From: Takakia lepidozioides
Lineage: Eukaryota; Plantae; Bryophyta
Length of the DNA stretch: 64,000 bases
Assembly (NCBI GenBank): GCA_030704615.1
Contig: CM060733.1
Span: 63,488,001-63,552,000, forward strand
Reading direction: 5' to 3'
The notes under the pieces are model-generated. The model made no database searches and was not told where the DNA came from. It saw only the letters and a program-made list of their open reading frames with translations. Made by a program: the position numbers and the translations under genes. Positions 61,955-64,000 of this stretch are shown here, piece by piece (positions within the stretch are counted from its first letter, which is position 1; each line of letters opens with the position of its first letter).

Positions 61955-64000
61955 TCATGAAAGGTCAAAAAATATTACAGACCGAATGCTCCTCCTGCGC
62001 TGTAAAGGCAGGCAACAAGTTGGTGAGGAAATCCAATCAAGGGATTTTGCATGACTGCCCACCACCAGGGCCAGCTGGTCCCTGTCAACACCTTCCTGTT
62101 CAACTCCACGCACCAACACCTCCAAGGGGAGTTCGAGTGTCTTCTGTGAATGCAATGCAGCCATTACTATGATGTTAATTGTTCTTACTCATCCCATGTT
62201 AGGAAACATTGCAAACCAGGACAAAACACTAGAACCAAGAAGACACTGCAACTCCTGTAGACAATTTGGTGCAAAACAAGTTTTGCATTGTATTTCTCTA
62301 AAGAACTTTGTCTCGAAATACCAAATAGAAGGTTGGAGTCATGAAAGCAAAGGAGCATGACTAGACTTACAGCCAACCAATAACCAATCGGCCCGTGTTC
62401 AACACGTAAATTCTTGCACATCTGCAACTTGGAAAGCACATTCAAAAACAGTCAGATTAAGAAAAGAGCATGTAAGACTGAGCATACAATTGGGACCTTG
62501 AACAAATACCATTTGAGATTATGGAATTGGTATCCCCCAATATGTATACAATAAGAATGCTAATGTCCACAAAAAAGGTTTCATACGTTAAAAGTAGTAA
62601 CAGCACAGGTGTCCATTACTCACGTTCAAATTTGGAATTGGAACTCCTTTGACTTCTGTGCTCACAGTCTGGCAGGGCTTCGTTACAGGAGGAGCTGTGT
62701 ATTTCAGAACACGTTTAAATCATGACCAAAAACAAAATTTGCTCAAGCGCTATGAAGGAATGCATAACTTTTGTAAATCTCGGAAGTAGGTTGAGCATTA
62801 TATCATTCAAGGTCTGGCTCTTCAAAAGACAGTTAGCTGACTGCCAAGGAATTTTGCAGAGACTAGCAAAATTCACTTGTACTTCCTGCTTCATATATGG
62901 ATCCTTCATGTTGGAAGGGTCCAGAGATATATATCCAATTCTACATCCGGTGGACCACAATAAAATGTGCAATCAAGTTCAATATTTGAGTACTTAGTGC
63001 TCTTACAGTTGCTTGGAGTGCCAGCACATAGCAAGGGGGTCAGGTTGTCCTCTTGTGGGTCGGAGTCACTTGACATACATGCTTCATCAGAATTGTGCTC
63101 AGCCGTTCCACTGGTCTGCAGTGGATCACGATCATCAATGGTGCTGGGTATCCATGTGTTATCTAGGCTGACCTTGTGAACCTGTGCCTGATGGTGCTCA
63201 GGTAGGCGCTCTGCTGATGGCGGGAACCACTGTGATGTCAGGGCATTTATTGCAGCATTTCGTTGCTCCAGGAGGATTTCCTTGTCTCGCTCAAGTTGCT
63301 TCTTGTCTTCTATCAGTTTCTTATTCACGTTAGAGACCTCCTCAAGTTTCCCTCTCATCTCCTCAGTTAACCTTTGGAGTTCCTGAGGTGGGGGGGTTCA
63401 CAATATGTCAGTCAAGCAAAACTGCTTACAACATTAACCTGTCACCAGGCCTAAATTCAGACTATTTGCGAGCTTAACATTCCAAACCTAATATTCTTAG
63501 GCTTCTTGAGGTACTTACCTTAGGCATAACTAGTGCAGCACAGATTAATTTCACTAATTAAACAGAATAATGTGCTGTTCATGCTGGTTTGAATACCAGT
63601 CATTCCTTCAACTGATCCATATGCAAAGATAATGCAACTATACTTTCTGCTGGTTTAGTGGAAATTACTGTTCACTTCCCACATATATACTAGCTACAGA
63701 GTATAGGAGTTCAGGCAGAGTCTACATAAAAGGATAACCTGTTTGTAAACTGTCTGGGTCTCCCTCGCGGCATCCCTGAGGAGTGCCTGGTTTTTTTCAG
63801 CTTCCAGGTCGAAAAAACTAGTGAGCAGGCTCGTAATGGCTTCCACCGGAGGCTTCATTTTCAGCGCAAGCCTACAAGATACACTCAGATATGATTACAA
63901 CTTTCCCAAACTTCTTCATTTTGCTCCACAATCTCGTAGTCTTCTGTGCATAATCTGCTCATCACTAGCCTGATAAAGATTCTCTGCCCATCTGCTTCTC
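61955..64000 (-). CDS. 3' part of a multi-exon coiled-coil protein of unknown function (runs off the window)
   Basis: GT-AG bounded exons at ~63740-63873 (LALKMKPPVEAITSLLTSFFDLEAEKNQALL) and ~63000-63383 (ELQRLTEEMRGKLEEVSNVNKKLIEDKKQLERDKEILLEQ). The 3' end is uncertain. Confidence 0.55.

Overview
Eukaryotic nuclear DNA from a spore-bearing land plant: it has spliceosomal introns, an IFT52 flagellar gene and an expanded set of RNA-editing PPR genes. The exact lineage cannot be fixed from the sequence. The window holds four PLS-class PPR-E1-E2-DYW genes: A (8.4-12.0 kb, +), B (32.2-36.4 kb, -), C (50.6-53.5 kb, -, frameshifted in the DYW domain) and D (57.1-60.1 kb, +). A and B are an inverted ~5 kb duplication. 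Between them lie a Kelch-repeat gene, an Sfi1-like W-repeat gene and IFT52. The main observation is that all four PPR-DYW reading frames start with at least the second half of an OSB-type PDF motif (W..F..P..WWDNR..K / ..P..PDFKH....LW.....P.WV), an organellar ssDNA-binding module. In A and B three PDF motifs, each split by an intron at the same position, can be rebuilt from upstream exons; the outer two are decaying. The second notable signal is a cluster of Ty3/gypsy pieces at 37.6-47.6 kb that includes a C5-cytosine methyltransferase fragment (ENV and RxR motifs) and an integrase ending in a PHD finger. Also present: two hAT non-autonomous elements with 8-bp TSDs, a TTAA/CCC piggyBac-like element, Mutator-like transposase remnants, LINE and SINE fragments, an 85-bp tandem array built on a palindrome, and a two-exon aromatic amino acid decarboxylase fragment. 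All gene models are by-eye; single-base frameshifts could be assembly errors.
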